Source of the DNA: Raillietiella orientalis
Taxonomy: Eukaryota
Length of the DNA: 64,000 nt
Reading direction: 5' to 3'
Assembly (NCBI GenBank): GCA_036172245.1
Contig: JAYWIR010000003.1
Location: 2,356,001-2,420,000, forward strand
The translations under genes and the position numbers were made by a program. Every line of letters begins with the position of its first letter. Positions within the stretch are counted from its first letter, which is position 1. Under the pieces are notes generated by a model, which saw only the letters and a list, made by a program, of their open reading frames with translations, did no database searches and was not told the DNA's origin. This document shows, piece after piece, positions 11,951 to 24,629 of this stretch.

Positions 11951-14079
11951 ATAAGGCTGTTCTCAGAGTGGGCAGGACCACGGTCTGATTGTGTCTGCAT
12001 GTGTTTATAGGATATCTCAACTTAATGTGTATCCAAAATATGTCGAAGTACACTTTGGATGCACTTGAGGTTTCTCATTAGTCACTGGAAATGTACAAGA
12101 GCTCCAGCCATTTACCACTTGCTGCATTTACTTCTCGGATTTCTCAGATTTCAATTATCTGTCCGTATCAAAATCTGAGAAATGAGCAGTACTGGAAGAA
12201 ACCGCCTGATATGCTGATAGAGCTGCTATCACCAAAAATCTGTAGCATGGGCTGATGTTTGCATCGTGGTCGAGCAGAAAGATCATGAAAGGTCTTGAAC
12301 TTCTCGCCCCACGTGGCAGCTATCATGCTATCCAATACCGAAGCGCGCGCTGTCCATTATGCAGCATCGTTATCTTGCATAGAAATGGGATGCGCTCCCG
12401 AGAATCCGTGTTGGGACTGCTGCAGGAAAAGTGTGATGTTTCTTTCGGGGAACCCAAGACTTCAGGTAAAAATCGCAAGGGGATTCTGAAAGGGAGACCC
12501 AAGCGAGATTTTTCCCGTAGACAAAGATGCGCTGAACGATGCCGTGTCAAAGCTCAGATGCCGTGAAGCATCTCTGCCATCTTTTCGATCTTTGCTTATG
12601 TGCGAAGAGTTGTTGCTGTATGAAGACTGTGAGTCCTGAGATGGAAAATTCGTTCCTGGAGAACGGACAGTTCCGAAACTGCGCGTTCTTTGGGCACGGA
12701 CCGGAAGCTCGAGGCACCTCTGCAGACTCCTGTTCCTAGAATTCCTTGGATCATGGTTTCCCATGTCCCGCTCATGCCTTCGTACATTATGGTGTCACGA
12801 GACGGTAAATAATGATTCTGTCCATTCCTTTCTAGAGAGAACTGTACACGCTTGGCGCTACAGGTTCCGAATTCGCACAGCTGGACGGGAGGGAATGCTG
12901 CATTTTTTTGGTGTTGCGTTTTTGCTTCGATTTGCAGTCCTTTAATTGAGCAGATGCAGATGAGAAGGTCAGCGCAGGTAGCAGCAGCATAACCGGGAGA
13001 CAACTTTCCTTTTGCACTCCGTGGTTTTCGTGCTTGCCGGAAGGCAAGCATTTCGCAAGTTTTGGAAACTGGGATACTCTTTGTAATTTAGAGGATGTCC
13101 TCATAGCTTTCCATTAATATTTATAAGGGAATCTGTCCGAATCTCTGGATGAATGAGTTTGCACAACCATCCTGACATCGAAACGAATTTCTTTGAAAAA
13201 TCATATCTTTTATATATTCGTTTGAGGAAGTGTTAGTTGATGAGATTTAGCTCTCTAAGAAAAAAAAAAAGCTAGGCAGATTAGATATTAAGAGATCTCT
13301 TGTGTATGGCAGTTTAATGAGGAAGATTCGCCATAGCAACTCTCGTATACACTCGTTTGGAATGAAGCGAAAATGTTGCATGGTAAAGCATGACTCTTGA
13401 GTTTCTTTTCATTATAGATTCATTAGAGAACGTTCTGTAGGTTAAGGATTGCGTGGTCCTTCACTGAAGATGCTGCATCCGAACGGAAGAAAAATTGAAT
13501 TTGAAATGAAGAACCAAAAAAAGAAAAAAACAAAATTTGTAGATTGTCGTTTCCCTGTCGTCCTTATCAATTTACCATGTCCGAGCAAGTAGCACTTTGA
13601 CGAAATTGATCTGGATTTTTCCTAAAGCGTTTCTTCTATTTAGTAATGTGTGCGTTTCACACGGTGGCTTTTCTTCAGTCGCTCTGCTTCTTTGCCTTTT
13701 GCAATACAATTCAATCCAAAATGCATCCATTAGCTTTGAAGCAAAACAAAGGTTTCAAATTCGCGCTTGTTCGTTAGGTTTGTGCCTATTTTATGATTCC
13801 TTATTCGCTAACTTGCAAGTTGCTGTGGTCAACGAAAGCAAATGGGCAGCAGAAACCAAAATGATCGGACGTTCCATTAAATCGTGCTGTGAATCATGTG
13901 ATCAGGCAAGGAAGCTCGGAGCCATAAAATTTTTATAAGGCTATCACCTGATCGAGGAAAAAATTTCGCCCCGGTATTGGTCTCCCGAGAGTCAACTCAT
14001 CTGCCTCGTTTGAACTCTGACCTCAATCGAGAATAAATGAATCAACAACAACTCGTAGCATTTATTCTGCTCTGTAGAT

Positions 14080-14640
14080 CGAAAGAGCACTTCGTAAATG
14101 TGGACTCGAAAGGTTCATCCTTCCACATCTTCATTCCCTCATTTGAAGTTTGGACGAAGGTGTTAAGCTCGCTGCCGTTTGGTAATTGCAATGGTCATCC
14201 ATGCACTGCTGTCCCACCACAGGTCTCACGCAGAATTCCATCCAGCATTCGTTTCATGGTTGCTGGTGCATGGTCCTCCTGTTTAAAATACGATTTCCTT
14301 TGCCGGAGTGAAGTCCAAATTGAACTCACCTTCATCCAGCACGGTATTACTGTGGTTGAGCGAGGTCCTGAGGTGATCTTTGAAGCTCACGAAAAAGGGG
14401 GCATTTGTTTCTATCACATGTTTCCATCCATGCTGTTTGGCACAATGGGAAGCCCGATGCCTTCAGGCTATGTCTTGTATTTGCTAATGTCATTTGGTGG
14501 CTGATCGAAAGGCAAAAAACGAAACCCTCTAGTACCGTTGCTGGCACGATGAGACAACACAGTGCAAGGGCACAGATACACATAGAGGAGGATTTCACTC
14601 ACTGTGCACTAGTGAGCTCGAAGGGGGTTTCCAAGGTGAA
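14080..14640 (-). mobile_element. pogo/Tigger DDE transposase relic
   Basis: In order: SLKASGFPLCQTAWMET (LK...LP...N.KAWMT), EDHAPA (LDNAPGH) and LPNGSELNTFVQTSNEG (LPPNTTSLIQPMDQG). Confidence 0.55.
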
Positions 14641-14999
14641 TTAGTTCTGCATTTTGGATGAAAGACAAGTATCACTTGAGGCTCGAGTTCTCCTTAGTAA
14701 AGAGAGATCGCCGACACCTGGAAGACCTCGGTAGACTTCTCGTTTGGGCGGAGAATTAGAGAACTCCTCATAGAATGCACACCCACGCAGTGGATGTGCT
14801 GAAGGATCCAGAAACAGCATTGCTCTTCGGCTCCTTCTGTCTGTTCCAGTTTCCAAATGGCTCGAAAGCGCTCAGCAGAGGGCTGGTGAAAAGCGGAGGG
14901 TAGGAAGTGCCGTTCGAGCAAACCTGTTTTCATCCCCTGATGAATCGCAACAGACTCAGCGATTCAGAGTGCGATCAACACCCGTCCCCGGCATCTTAA

Positions 15000-15760
15000 G
15001 TGCTCTCTCCTTGCTTCCTGAGTGTTCCTCAGAATTCAAAACCTTTTTCCTTTCGCGGGAGAGTGACTTTAAGAAGTCGCAAGCTGTTCCGGCATTCGTA
15101 AGCGCTGCGCTTGGCATAAACCGCTGTCCAAATTCGAGAGTCCCACCTGACGTGGCAGACACTGGACTCTGTTCTGCAGACCGTTTGAATATGACAAAGG
15201 ATACTGGTGTGTGGTCCTTTCCGCAGATCTCGGGAAAGTTTCCTGGAAAGTGTCCGATGCCTCTCTATACACCTTGCAAAGATGGAGTCCGTCACTCAGC
15301 GTGTGGAGTTCCGAGCACCCCGAGGAAGTCCTCTGGAGCGTGCGAAAGTCCTTTGGTTATTATCCCAAAACTCCCATGAATTGCAAGAGCAGCCTATGAT
15401 CTGCTCCAGTTCGGGTAATGAGGACAGATCCATCTTGCACCTCTTGAAAATCAAGTTAGGAAATGAGTGATGTATGGGAGTTTCGATATTGAGGCTTCGC
15501 CGCAAAGGTTCATCTGGTGCTGAGGCTGAGGGCTCTATGATGTAATTCGGAAGCCAAACAGAAACTGGGACATCTTACAGAGCTGGGAAGTTTTCTGCTT
15601 CTTTCCTCGTGCGGCCAAGCATCTTCTCTGTGGCATGAATCTGTTTGCAGTCTTTCTGGGTTTGCTGCTAAAGCCCAAAGAGCTCTGGAAGGTCTCTTTG
15701 TGTGCGACTGCCTATTTAATCATCCGTGATGTTGAGTGTGGAAGCAAAGAACTGGAATAT
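15000..15760 (-). mobile_element. L1/Tx1-type non-LTR RT relic
   Basis: In order: QQTQKDCKQIHATE (LN.DYKI..K.LA.R), LNIETPIHHSFPNLIFKRCKM (LD.EKAFD.V.H.FL..VL) and TFARSRGLPRGA...SIFARCIE (F...RG.RQG.PLSP.LF...IE). Confidence 0.55.
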
Positions 15761-16659
15761 CCTAAGGAAGCGATCCGGCAGGTGATCGCAACAGTTGCTC
15801 GGAACCACCTGCTGATGCCGGATCACGGTAATTCCGACCCTCCACTGTTCACCAGTTCTCTGCTGAGCACTTTCGAGCCATTTGAGAACACTGAAACGGA
15901 CGCAAGGAGCTGAAGTGCAATCCTGCTGCTGGACTGTGAGCACGTCGGCTGTGTGGTCACACGTGGAGAGGGCCATTGCTTCTGGGGATGCATCCAAGCA
16001 ACTGTCGGCTTCCTCTCGGAGGCTCCGGTTTGATTCGCAAATGATGAGTGAAAGGAGAGGACGAGTGGATGGGAATTCCTGAAGAGTCGATGGACCATCA
16101 GTGAGTTCATGATATGAGAAGGCGCGGTTCCTTTTCGTCTCTTTTTCTTTAAATACCTGAAATTTCTTCGCTTCAGGAAACACAGAATCCCTTCAAAAAA
16201 AAAGAAAGAAAGGAAATGTTCACATGCTGCATCAAACGAGGAGAATACGGAATCGTCATCTTTGCTTAAAATTCATCCTTTCTCATCATTTTATTCTTTA
16301 ATTCATCGGAGGCTGCATACATTATTTAGAACAACATAATGCAGGATAACCCCCCTCCTGCTCTAAGTAAGATGAACTCCTCATTTCCATACACGCTTAA
16401 TCTCTTCTCACTTTCGAAAGCTCGTCCCTCCAGCAACTCTCCTGCGCGCAATCCTCTGAAAGCTTTTTTTATTTGCAAGAGATAGCGTTTGTGAAGATGC
16501 AACAACCGGGAAGCTGCCCTGCCTGTTTGTCCGGCTTTGCTGGACGCTTGCTTTCTCTCTCTGACGCCGTTCACCCACGATCCCGCAGCGAGCGCTTCCG
16601 AGAGACGCGTTCCTTCTGTGGATGGAATCGTACGTGCGTGGGCGTGCGTGTGCTGTTCA

Positions 16660-17030
16660 CACCGTGGCGACTGGACGCCCTGGAAGAAACGGGAATCGGG
16701 CAAAGTGCCGTAGAGCATACGTAGGAGCGCTCGACGGAGCGGGCGGTGCCGGGAATCTCCCTTCCCCTTCCTCTTCTGCTCCTTCTTCTTGGAACCGTTG
16801 TCGGCGCCTGGAACCCGGTGCTCGGATGTTGCCAAGCAGCCGTTCGTTTTCGAGCCTCATCGTCCTTCCTCCGCATCTTCAGGATGCGAAGATTATCAGG
16901 AACAGCATCACACCATTGCGCGCGGAGAGCTGCTGCTGAGGGTGTCGTCGAGATCTGGAAAAGTGCCTTCAAGATAGGAATGTTTACGATTGTATCTCCA
17001 GTAAATGGCCTTTCGTACGAATGCATTGCG
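16660..17030 (-). mobile_element. piggyBac transposase C-terminal relic
   Basis: ORF 16571..17026: HSYERPFTGD (DYN..MGGVD), AVPDNLRIL (..NA.IL) and ERSYVCSTALCPIP (Cys-rich tail T.Y.C..C...LC..P). Confidence 0.45.
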
Positions 17031-17249
17031 AACTGCAGTGGCGGTCTGTCCTCTTATCTGCCGTTTTATCGGGCGCAGGCACTAACCAACTTGCTTCCTC
17101 AGATTATGATTAAGGCCTCGGTTAATTAAAAACCACTTAATGCTGTCTCGGAAACATTCTTTTCTTCCTTCTTTCGACTTTTAAGCGGAAAGCCGATCTG
17201 ATCTCGCGATAAAATTTCCGCTGGAAATCATTCCGAGATTTGGGTGTTC

Positions 17250-17800
17250 CCGAGATTCAAGATAAGCGATCTTCTGGGAGCAGCGTTTACATTTTTATGG
17301 ACTTTCGTTTCTCAGGCTGCGGCACCGTGGCTCTCTCTCTGTTCCAGGAACAAAAGAAACGTAAGAAATAAATGCAGCCCCCGCTGCACACGCATCGCCG
17401 ACGGGCAGCGATCATTTCGATAACTTATCAATCGCGGATGAATACCGGCGGTGTGGGGCACCCAGCCTCATCATCCCTGTTTTCCCGAGGTCTGGAACAG
17501 TAATGGGAGGAAATCCTTTTGTTTTCAATTTGTCAACGGAACCGCACGACCTGTCGCCTGGATGTGCTGCCCAATGGTCCCGTGATTTGTGGGAAGATTT
17601 TCGCTTTTGGGGGGAAAAACATAAATGCCCACGCAGTCCCAGTCGGCTCGTGCCAATCTGCTTGGAACCTGCCGTCGCATTCGGGGACTTACCTCAGGGT
17701 AAGGGTTCCCTATCCTCCCAGTCCACTTGCTCATTCTCCTGCATTGATGGCTCGCAGAGAATGCTGCTCTCTTTAGCTTGTTAACGTGATCCTTCTTCCT
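17250..17800 (+). mobile_element. Tc1/maT (DD37D-like) transposase relic
   Basis: ORF 17503..17784 GGNPFVFNLSTEPHDL...QWSRDLWEDF...CPRSPSRLVPI resembles P.VFQQD.APAH....Q.W......DF....WPP.SPDLNPLD. Confidence 0.6.
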
Positions 17801-18760
17801 CGTCACTGCAGCAAGCACGGGAGGGCCACGTGCTCACTGAGGAACTTGCCTGAGGCACGTCTCAAGGTAGGTGGAACTTCATCGCGCCGTTCCTGGTTTA
17901 TCTGAGAAGAGGAAAGTCCAATGCCGAAACGACGGCCGGTAAGATGGTGTAGCGCAGAAAGATGCTCCATTTGTCTCGAAAAAAGCGCAGTTTCCGAATG
18001 CTTGCTAGCTACTGACCACGTCACTCGAGGGTGTGCAGTACTCTTCAGCTTATAGGTGAAACCTCGTGAATCCAGGAAAGGATCCGGAGCAAGGAGTCCT
18101 TGGGAGGGAACCCTGAAGGAAAATTCCTTTTTATTCTATCCGGAGGTGTGCCTCGAAGGTATCCCTCAAAGGGGTCATCAAAGGTCATTTCTTCTCCAGA
18201 GAGGCTCACCGAAAAGACTCCGCTCCTTGTTATTTCCTCTGAAGAGAGTCCCGAAGGGACACTTCCCAATTCCCCTGGAGGGAGCAGCGCGCTTCTTAAC
18301 ACTCTGGAGAGGAGACTTCCCAAAGAAGGTGTTAACCAGCTCCAAAGTACGGGATGGAGGGTCCCCATGCTGGTGGTGGATTCCCCCTCCCCCGTTATGG
18401 CTGCATTTTCACAACCGAAGAAAAACTCCGAAAGGAACCTGCTCCTTGATTTCTGGAATGACCCCGGAGGTTGAAAGATTCAGATGAAATGGTTAGATTG
18501 AAAACCGACCCCCCAGCCACTCAACGGAGCATCCGGTTTCCGGCTTCCACCAGTGCCGAACCCGGAGCCTGCAGGTCAACCATCGTCATTCTGCGAGGAG
18601 ATACTCGAAACCCACGACGCATCGGCGTCGATCTTCCACGTGGGGATTCGAACCCGAAACGCTTGGTGCCACGCGAGGGGATCGCAACCACACCGCTGCC
18701 AGGGTGGGTAAGTTATGGAAGGGAAGGGTGTTCTTGTGACTGATTCTGTACTGTTCTGTA
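17800..18760 (-). mobile_element. Gypsy RT - connection - RNase H relic
   Basis: Collinear through frameshifts: LRVAPSV (GL..AP..F), QNDDG (YLDD), ALVEAGNRMLR (L.EAGL.L), SIPYFG (FIP.F), WSWLTPSL...LRSALLPPGELG (W.W....F..LK.AL...P.L) and LHHLTGRRFGI (HYL.GR.F.I). Confidence 0.6.
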
Positions 18761-19469
18761 TTCTTGCACGTTCTGAGCTAAGAGGTCTTGGGGGCGGGCA
18801 CGGGGAGGAATTCGGCTCTTGGGACGAAGCTGCAAGGAGCCTTTGCAGCTCCTTGTCCACGTGATTAGCAAAGTCACCATTCCCGCTGGTGGCTGAAGCA
18901 CGGAAACGAGACAAAGGAGAAAAAAAAAAAAATCTCCTTCTCTCACCCCGATGTTTTGCTCTGAGCTGCATGCGTTCTTTGGTGAAAGAGGTCGCTACGG
19001 AGGAAAAATAGAATCCCCACACAAACTGATCTGCAAATTTGCTTCGAGAATTTTCGCAAGGAACAGATGAGCGTGCGAGTTTGCCAAAAATTCGTGCTGC
19101 ACTCCGAAGTCCGGATGCAAAAGCTTTGCGGTTGCAGGGAACGCGAGCACCTTAAGCGGCTCCGGAATCGAAGTCGAAAAGGTGACCTAATAGCATTCCA
19201 GGGAACCGTGGGTGGATCTATCGTCGTGCATGCTCGCATCCCTCAGGAGAAGGTAAGACTCTAAAAGGTGCGCATCTGAGAAAGGCGAGAAAGTCCATCC
19301 ACCCGAAATTTTTCATCTTCACAGTGGCAGTGGACAGCCGCTTTGCTAAGCCACGTGTCCACGGCGAAATGAGCAAATCGAGGCAAAAGAAAGTCAACTT
19401 CGTCCCTGCCAAAAAAAAAAATTGAGATGTGAATCGGGAAAAAAAAAAGAAAGCAGCGAAAAGCGGCGA

Positions 19470-19968
19470 AAACATCCATCCTCTTGTTCCTTATCTCTCT
19501 AGGAAGTGTTTCTACACAGTAGAATTGCGCACAGTAGATGGCTGTTCCAGGCTCCGTAAAGTCCACCAAAAGCACACACACCCTTTCGGTCCCACACATG
19601 CTGTCCTCACATTCCAGACAATTCGGAAATTCGAATGGGAGCTTTTTGATCTTACAGTCCTGACCTCTCCCCCAGTGGCTACCACGTCTTTCTGCACCTC
19701 AAGAAGTGGCTCAAGGATGTTAGGGGGAGGGGGAGTAGTTGAAAACTGCAGTGCTGCTGAACTGTCTGAACCCCCAGGCGACGGACTTTTATGCAGAGGG
19801 TCTTTCAAATAGGATCTTCCACGGTATCAAAAGTGTCTGGCGACAAAATGGCGACTACGTAGAATAGTCACATGGGGATGCACGTGTTTCGAACCACCAA
19901 CACAATTTTGTTTCTCTCATGTGTTTCTTTCTATCCGGCCCTCCATTGCTTTGGAAATGCGCCTCGTA
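19470..19968 (+). mobile_element. Mariner 3' half with stop codon and probable TIR remnant
   Basis: From 19653 the frame reads YSPDLSPSGYHVFLHLKKWL (YSPDLAPSDYHLF). It is followed by DFYAEG, YQKCL and NGDYVE* (TAG at 19865-19867). The stretch ends ...aaatgcgcctcgTA, like mariner TIRs that start TA-CGAGG. Confidence 0.85.
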
Positions 19969-20079
19969 TGTGGCTCTGAATGCTCTAGAAATCAAGAGAG
20001 CGCAAAAATTCAAGGGGAGGGGGGAGGGAAGGAACCTTCTCAGGTTTGAGCTTTAAAAACAGGAATTTCTGATGACTTC

Positions 20080-20330
20080 TTCGAAGAATCTCAAAATCGC
20101 CCACCTAGTGAACTGGGATAAAATAAAAATGGTCAAAGATGCTGTGACCAATTCATATGACCTTAGCGTTTGGGTTTTACTTATCTGGAAATTCGAAGCA
20201 GCCTGGTAGTGACCACGTCCGGGTGGATTTGCTTCAAGGAAATTTTCGAATTCCACTACTGAGGATATTCTTTTCGGGCTCTCGGGATAAGTTGGGTCCT
20301 TAATTATCGTGCGATCTCTCTCGCCTTAAT
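20080..20330 (-). mobile_element. Gypsy integrase core relic
   Basis: SHDN*GPNL resembles SDNGP.F, and EFENFLEAN...SKTQTLRS resembles EF..FL..NGI.H....SNG..ER. Confidence 0.5.
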
Positions 20331-21449
20331 GCAATGCCAGTGATCATGAACGGACGAAACTGCAGGAAATACCACCTAGGAGAGTAGCAGTAATTAAACT
20401 ATTAAGGAGCTTCGAAAACACGTGGACTTTTCTGTGTCATCCATAAAGTACTCACAAACACATGAAAATGGATCACTGCATTCTTCTCGGAGTCTTAAAT
20501 GCAAAAAGAGTAAATCATAATATTGATCACGATTTTTTTTTTTTTTTTTTTGCGGTGTTACTTATTCTTGGTGACACTAATTTGTCATTTCTCGTTGGGA
20601 ACTGTGGCAAATGCTAAAATTTCCTGAAATCCTGTTATTACAACTGTAGGGGAAAAAACGTCATATTCCTGTGTACCATTCGCGCCTTTAGCTGCGGCAC
20701 ATCGTTTTAATTCTAATATGCCCTCCTTCATACTCGGGAAATTTTTGTTCAGATAGACTGCTCCAGCGACCGCCCTCAGTATTCAAATAAAGAAATGCGA
20801 AGAGGAATTCTCATCTCGTCATTTCGTGTGATCTCTCCTAGAAATCGAGTGTGCCCTTCTGCAATGAAGGAGCATTTGATTTCCATCATTTCTGCACGAT
20901 GCAATTCTGATGTTCCTTTCCATCAGAAAATTAATTCCGAAGACCTTTCTGCCCTTACATTTATACGATATTCCCTTTGAAACAACAGCCCAGATGACTT
21001 TCCTTCGTCCATGGCAATTCAGGAAACATTTCCAAAACAGCTAAAGAATTCCCACCTGTACAGTGTTTTTTCGAGATCATTTCATCAGGATTCCAGACCA
21101 GCATTCGTCCGGGAGCTAAGGGATGAAAGGGAACGAAAGCTTGGACCCCGAAACCATTCGTTTTCGATAATTACGAGTAATTCATTGCAACATATTTCCT
21201 GTGTGAAAGGATGTGGAGTTTAGGAAGAAGCCGCAAAGAAGAAGAAATGATCATGGACATTCACGGCTCTTAGCCAATGTAGTAGCCAACAGCATCTGAG
21301 CCGTGTTGCTACAGATCCCTTTCGTTCTTGAAGTGGAATGATAAAACGCTGCAGCTTCTGGGCGTCTCGAAGAAAAGTCTAGATGAAAGTCATACTGGCT
21401 GATGGAAGATCGGAAAAGGATTTCCTCACATGTGGAGTGCATGGCAGCC

Positions 21450-22560
21450 CAACTCAGTACGTGCTGTAAAATCAGATCTTTCAAGTGTCCATTTCCCCAG
21501 TTTTCACCTGCGGCTGAAAAAAATGGGAAAGATGGACCTGCCCACAGTCCTCACTGATTTGCAAAGGATTCCGCACTCCGGTGACCATGAACTTTTGGCG
21601 TTGAGTTCTCTGCCATTTGCTTGGAATGCCTTCAACCTTTTCTCTGATGGTAAGATCTTTCTGACTCTACCGCTCCACGAAAGTAGCCTCTTATTGCAAG
21701 CAGTGCTGCTCCTCCTGAGTTTCATTCTATCAGGTTTATTTCCCAGGATTTTTCTTCCAGACTCGTTGCACAGCTCTTTCCACTCCCATGGATGTCTGGT
21801 GTTTCTTATGCACGTCCACCGTGTTTCACTAAGCTTTCCAAATCCTGGGCTGGGGTTCGGCGCAGGAACCCAATTTTTATATGTTTTTTTTTCTTGCTTT
21901 CCAATGCTTTTCGAGAACATTAGCTCTCAAGAAAACAGCACTGAAGGATCGGTTCGATTCGTTTCTTCAGATGCATGCGATGGCCATCATCGAAATTAAA
22001 GCACGCTTTGCTGTTCTCACTATGAGAACGCCTGTTACTGGGTTCTGCCCAAATAGCAGCCTTACGCCATCCTGAAATGAGAAAATACCATGCAAACGCA
22101 TTTGTTCAACTTATGGGCCACTGTGGCACTTTGCGAGGAAGAAGAACTTTGCATGTACTTTACGAAACCTCAGATGGAGAGCTTCTCACACTGCTGTGTG
22201 CCGACGGACGGTCGGTTCAGTCTGCAGGATTTTCAGTACGAGCGTACAAAGTGTTGCATCCTCGTCTGTGGCGTACGATGCGGCCCACTCCATGCCAGTA
22301 CACTTCATTCGCAGCTTCCTGAGCAAGGTGTTCAGTGTTGTTGGAATGCATTGATTTTGGATGATAGGTGGCACATTGCTGCATCGAATCGCGGGTACCC
22401 CCGTGTTGCTGGTGGTCCTGAGCTGCCAAACACTGAGTGCAGGGTGTGCAAGGAAAACACTTGGCTTCCCGCCATGGAATTCGGCTTTTTTTTTGATCTC
22501 CCGGCGAAGACATCTTAAGTGCCAATGAAAACTCTGGATGGAGCTCCTGAATCCCGATTG
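21450..22560 (-). mobile_element. hAT (ZMYM1/DUF4371-type) transposase relic
   Basis: In order: AEFHGG (AFRGH), PPIIQNQCI...YATDE (SP.IQNE.I...ADE), DGVRLLFGQNPVTGV (DGA..M.G...GV) and KLSETRWTC (KLS.TRW) at about 21811-21836. Confidence 0.75.
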
Positions 22561-22641
22561 AAGACTCTGGAAAATCCAAATCCTCATCAGTAGGAGAAAT
22601 CCGATTGCATTTTCAGTTTCTCACGTTTATCATTATGATGA

Positions 22642-22663
22642 ATATATATATATATATATATAT
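22642..22663. repeat. (AT)n microsatellite
   Basis: atatatatatatatatatatat, seen directly. Confidence 0.95.
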
Positions 22664-22899
22664 GTAATAATCAGCAGAAACTAAATTGCTATTCTCGATT
22701 AGCACTTTTATTCACTACAACTGGGAAAAAATGCCTCATGTCATTTCAATGCAACACCATTTCGCAGTGGGGAACGCTGATTTTCCACACCTCACCGCTG
22801 GATTCCAAGTATTCGTGTATTGAAGACGCAAAACAGTGTTCAATTTGAGACTCAAGAAGTGTGCTGGTGGTAGGTAGCTTCCTGCTTTTACCGAGAGAT

Positions 22900-23350
22900 C
22901 CCACTGTGTCGTTTTGATGACTGTTTGATGGTGACGTTCGCTGGAGATGTGCAGCGAGCTCCAGAGGACGGGAACTCTGAATGCGAAACGCTTCTCGGAG
23001 AACCAAATGGTCCAACGAGCTGATCCGTGCCCGGTAACTTATGGATTAACGTTCCTCTCAAGCTCTTCTGCTGCGATTACCTGCGCAGCACCTTTTTGGC
23101 TCAATAAGGGATGGCAATCGAGTGAATCGTTGGTTTCTGTGTTCGTCATTCCGTCTGATTCGTTTCGAATTTCAGGTCTTTCGCCTTCGTTCCTGCCACT
23201 CTCCATCATGCTCTCTGAAAAGGATGAAGAGGTGCTTCTTTGCTGAGAAAGACGGTTTATCCGCTCATGTGAGATGAGTCTTTTGACCTTTTGGCTAGAA
23301 GTCTGGAGGACATTGGTTCCCAACCATTCGAAACTGCCATGACCAGGTGG
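22900..23350 (+). mobile_element. Gypsy RT N-terminal relic
   Basis: ORF 22947..23246 SELQRTG...ITCAAPFWLNKG resembles EL.RL...R.C.D...LNKA. LLTFW follows at the LTTF position. Confidence 0.45.
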
Positions 23351-23959
23351 AAGATACGGTGTGGATTATTCCTAATATTAAGAATTGAAGAGAGTAACCC
23401 TTCAGAAACATTGTATTTTGCCCTTCCATTTGCAGTCAGATTTTCTCCAGGAGTCTGATGCTTAATTAACAGATTCTTGTGGAAAGAATATTATAAATGA
23501 AAGTTGCCGTAAGCAAATTGTTGCACATCTCCCACGTTTTCATGGACACTGGTTCTCCTCAGGATCCTAATTAATCTCTTTGAAGTGTATCTTTTGCTTC
23601 AATTAGTATACAATATTTCCTCATTTGCTTCGAAGCAACATGGACTACGTCTTATTTTATGACTCCCGCCCGAATGAGTTCGAGCAATTACGCATAATCA
23701 GCTTAACATCCACTAATGGTGGTGCATGCAATCATTGGTTCCTCATATTTTGCAAATTAAGAACTTCAAATAAAGGATGTTTCCGTCTTACTCTTATTGA
23801 GTTGCTGGAGAAGCTCTTAGACATCCCTTTCTGCAAATAGGTTCAAAGACTCCCATCAGGTTTTTTTAGGGAGCGCACAATCTCAAGTGCACGCAGCTCG
23901 TACGAGAAGTTTTAAATTAGCCTGAAAGAAAAACGCGCATTTCTCATCTCTCTTCATTT

Positions 23960-24600
23960 GCCTTTCGCCGCGCTTGTTTTCAGTATCTACCATCTTCCGA
24001 TGGCTCCCCGGCGATATGCCCCAACTTGATGAAGACAACTGCATGCAAATCGCGAGCAAAGACTACTCAGCTGCATTCGAACATCCTCCTAAGGTCAGTA
24101 TCTATAAACTGCCTCGAGAACTGACGCGAATCATCTTCACGCGACGCCATGTGGTGTTTCAAGGAATGCCAAGGGAAAGGTCCAGAAATCTTCCGCACCC
24201 GAGTTTGCTTTCGATCCCTTGGAGCATGGAGTGCCGAGAGGAATATTTCCAAGCTTTGCCCACTGCTCGATGGATTTTGGTTCGGTTCCTTCTATCTTCG
24301 CCGGGAGAGTTCAGCAGAGATCATGCCGCTCAGACATCAAACACGATCGTCAAACACCTGCTAGAATCGAACACCTTTCCGCAGGGGCGGAACCGAAAAC
24401 CAGAGAACTGCCCTAGCCTTGTGAAGACCCCATCAGCACAATTTTCAGGTGAAATACGCGAGACAGTAGGAAGTGATGTCGAAAATACCTCTCTCGAGCT
24501 AAGGAGGGCTCAATGCAAGTCAGCGGATGAGGCGCTGCGACTGAAGCTTTTCGCGGTCCTCTCGGCAGATCCCTTTCGAGATCTTCAGCATGTGCGCCAG
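23960..24600 (+). mobile_element. CR1/L2-type non-LTR RT relic
   Basis: ORF 23974..24606 STIF...QLDEDNCMQIASKDYSAAFE...IYKL resembles ST..AL.....LD......LDLS.AFD...L.KL. Frameshifted HGVPRG (ORF 24219) resembles GVPQG. Confidence 0.75.
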
Positions 24601-24629
24601 TTGTAGTGATCCGAGCCAAGTTGAGCCAA

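Noticed and set aside
12300..12800. Possible pogo DDE remnant (SLDHG resembling PLDQG)
   Set aside because: Only one weak motif supports it.
16746..17129. ORF with a signal-peptide-like start (LPLLLLLLGTVVGA)
   Set aside because: It starts at GTG, the leucine run comes from a CT-rich tract, and the opposite strand reads as a piggyBac C-terminus.
23974..24606. 210-aa ORF as a host gene
   Set aside because: It is a residual non-LTR RT frame. The GVPQG-equivalent is in another frame and YADD is absent.
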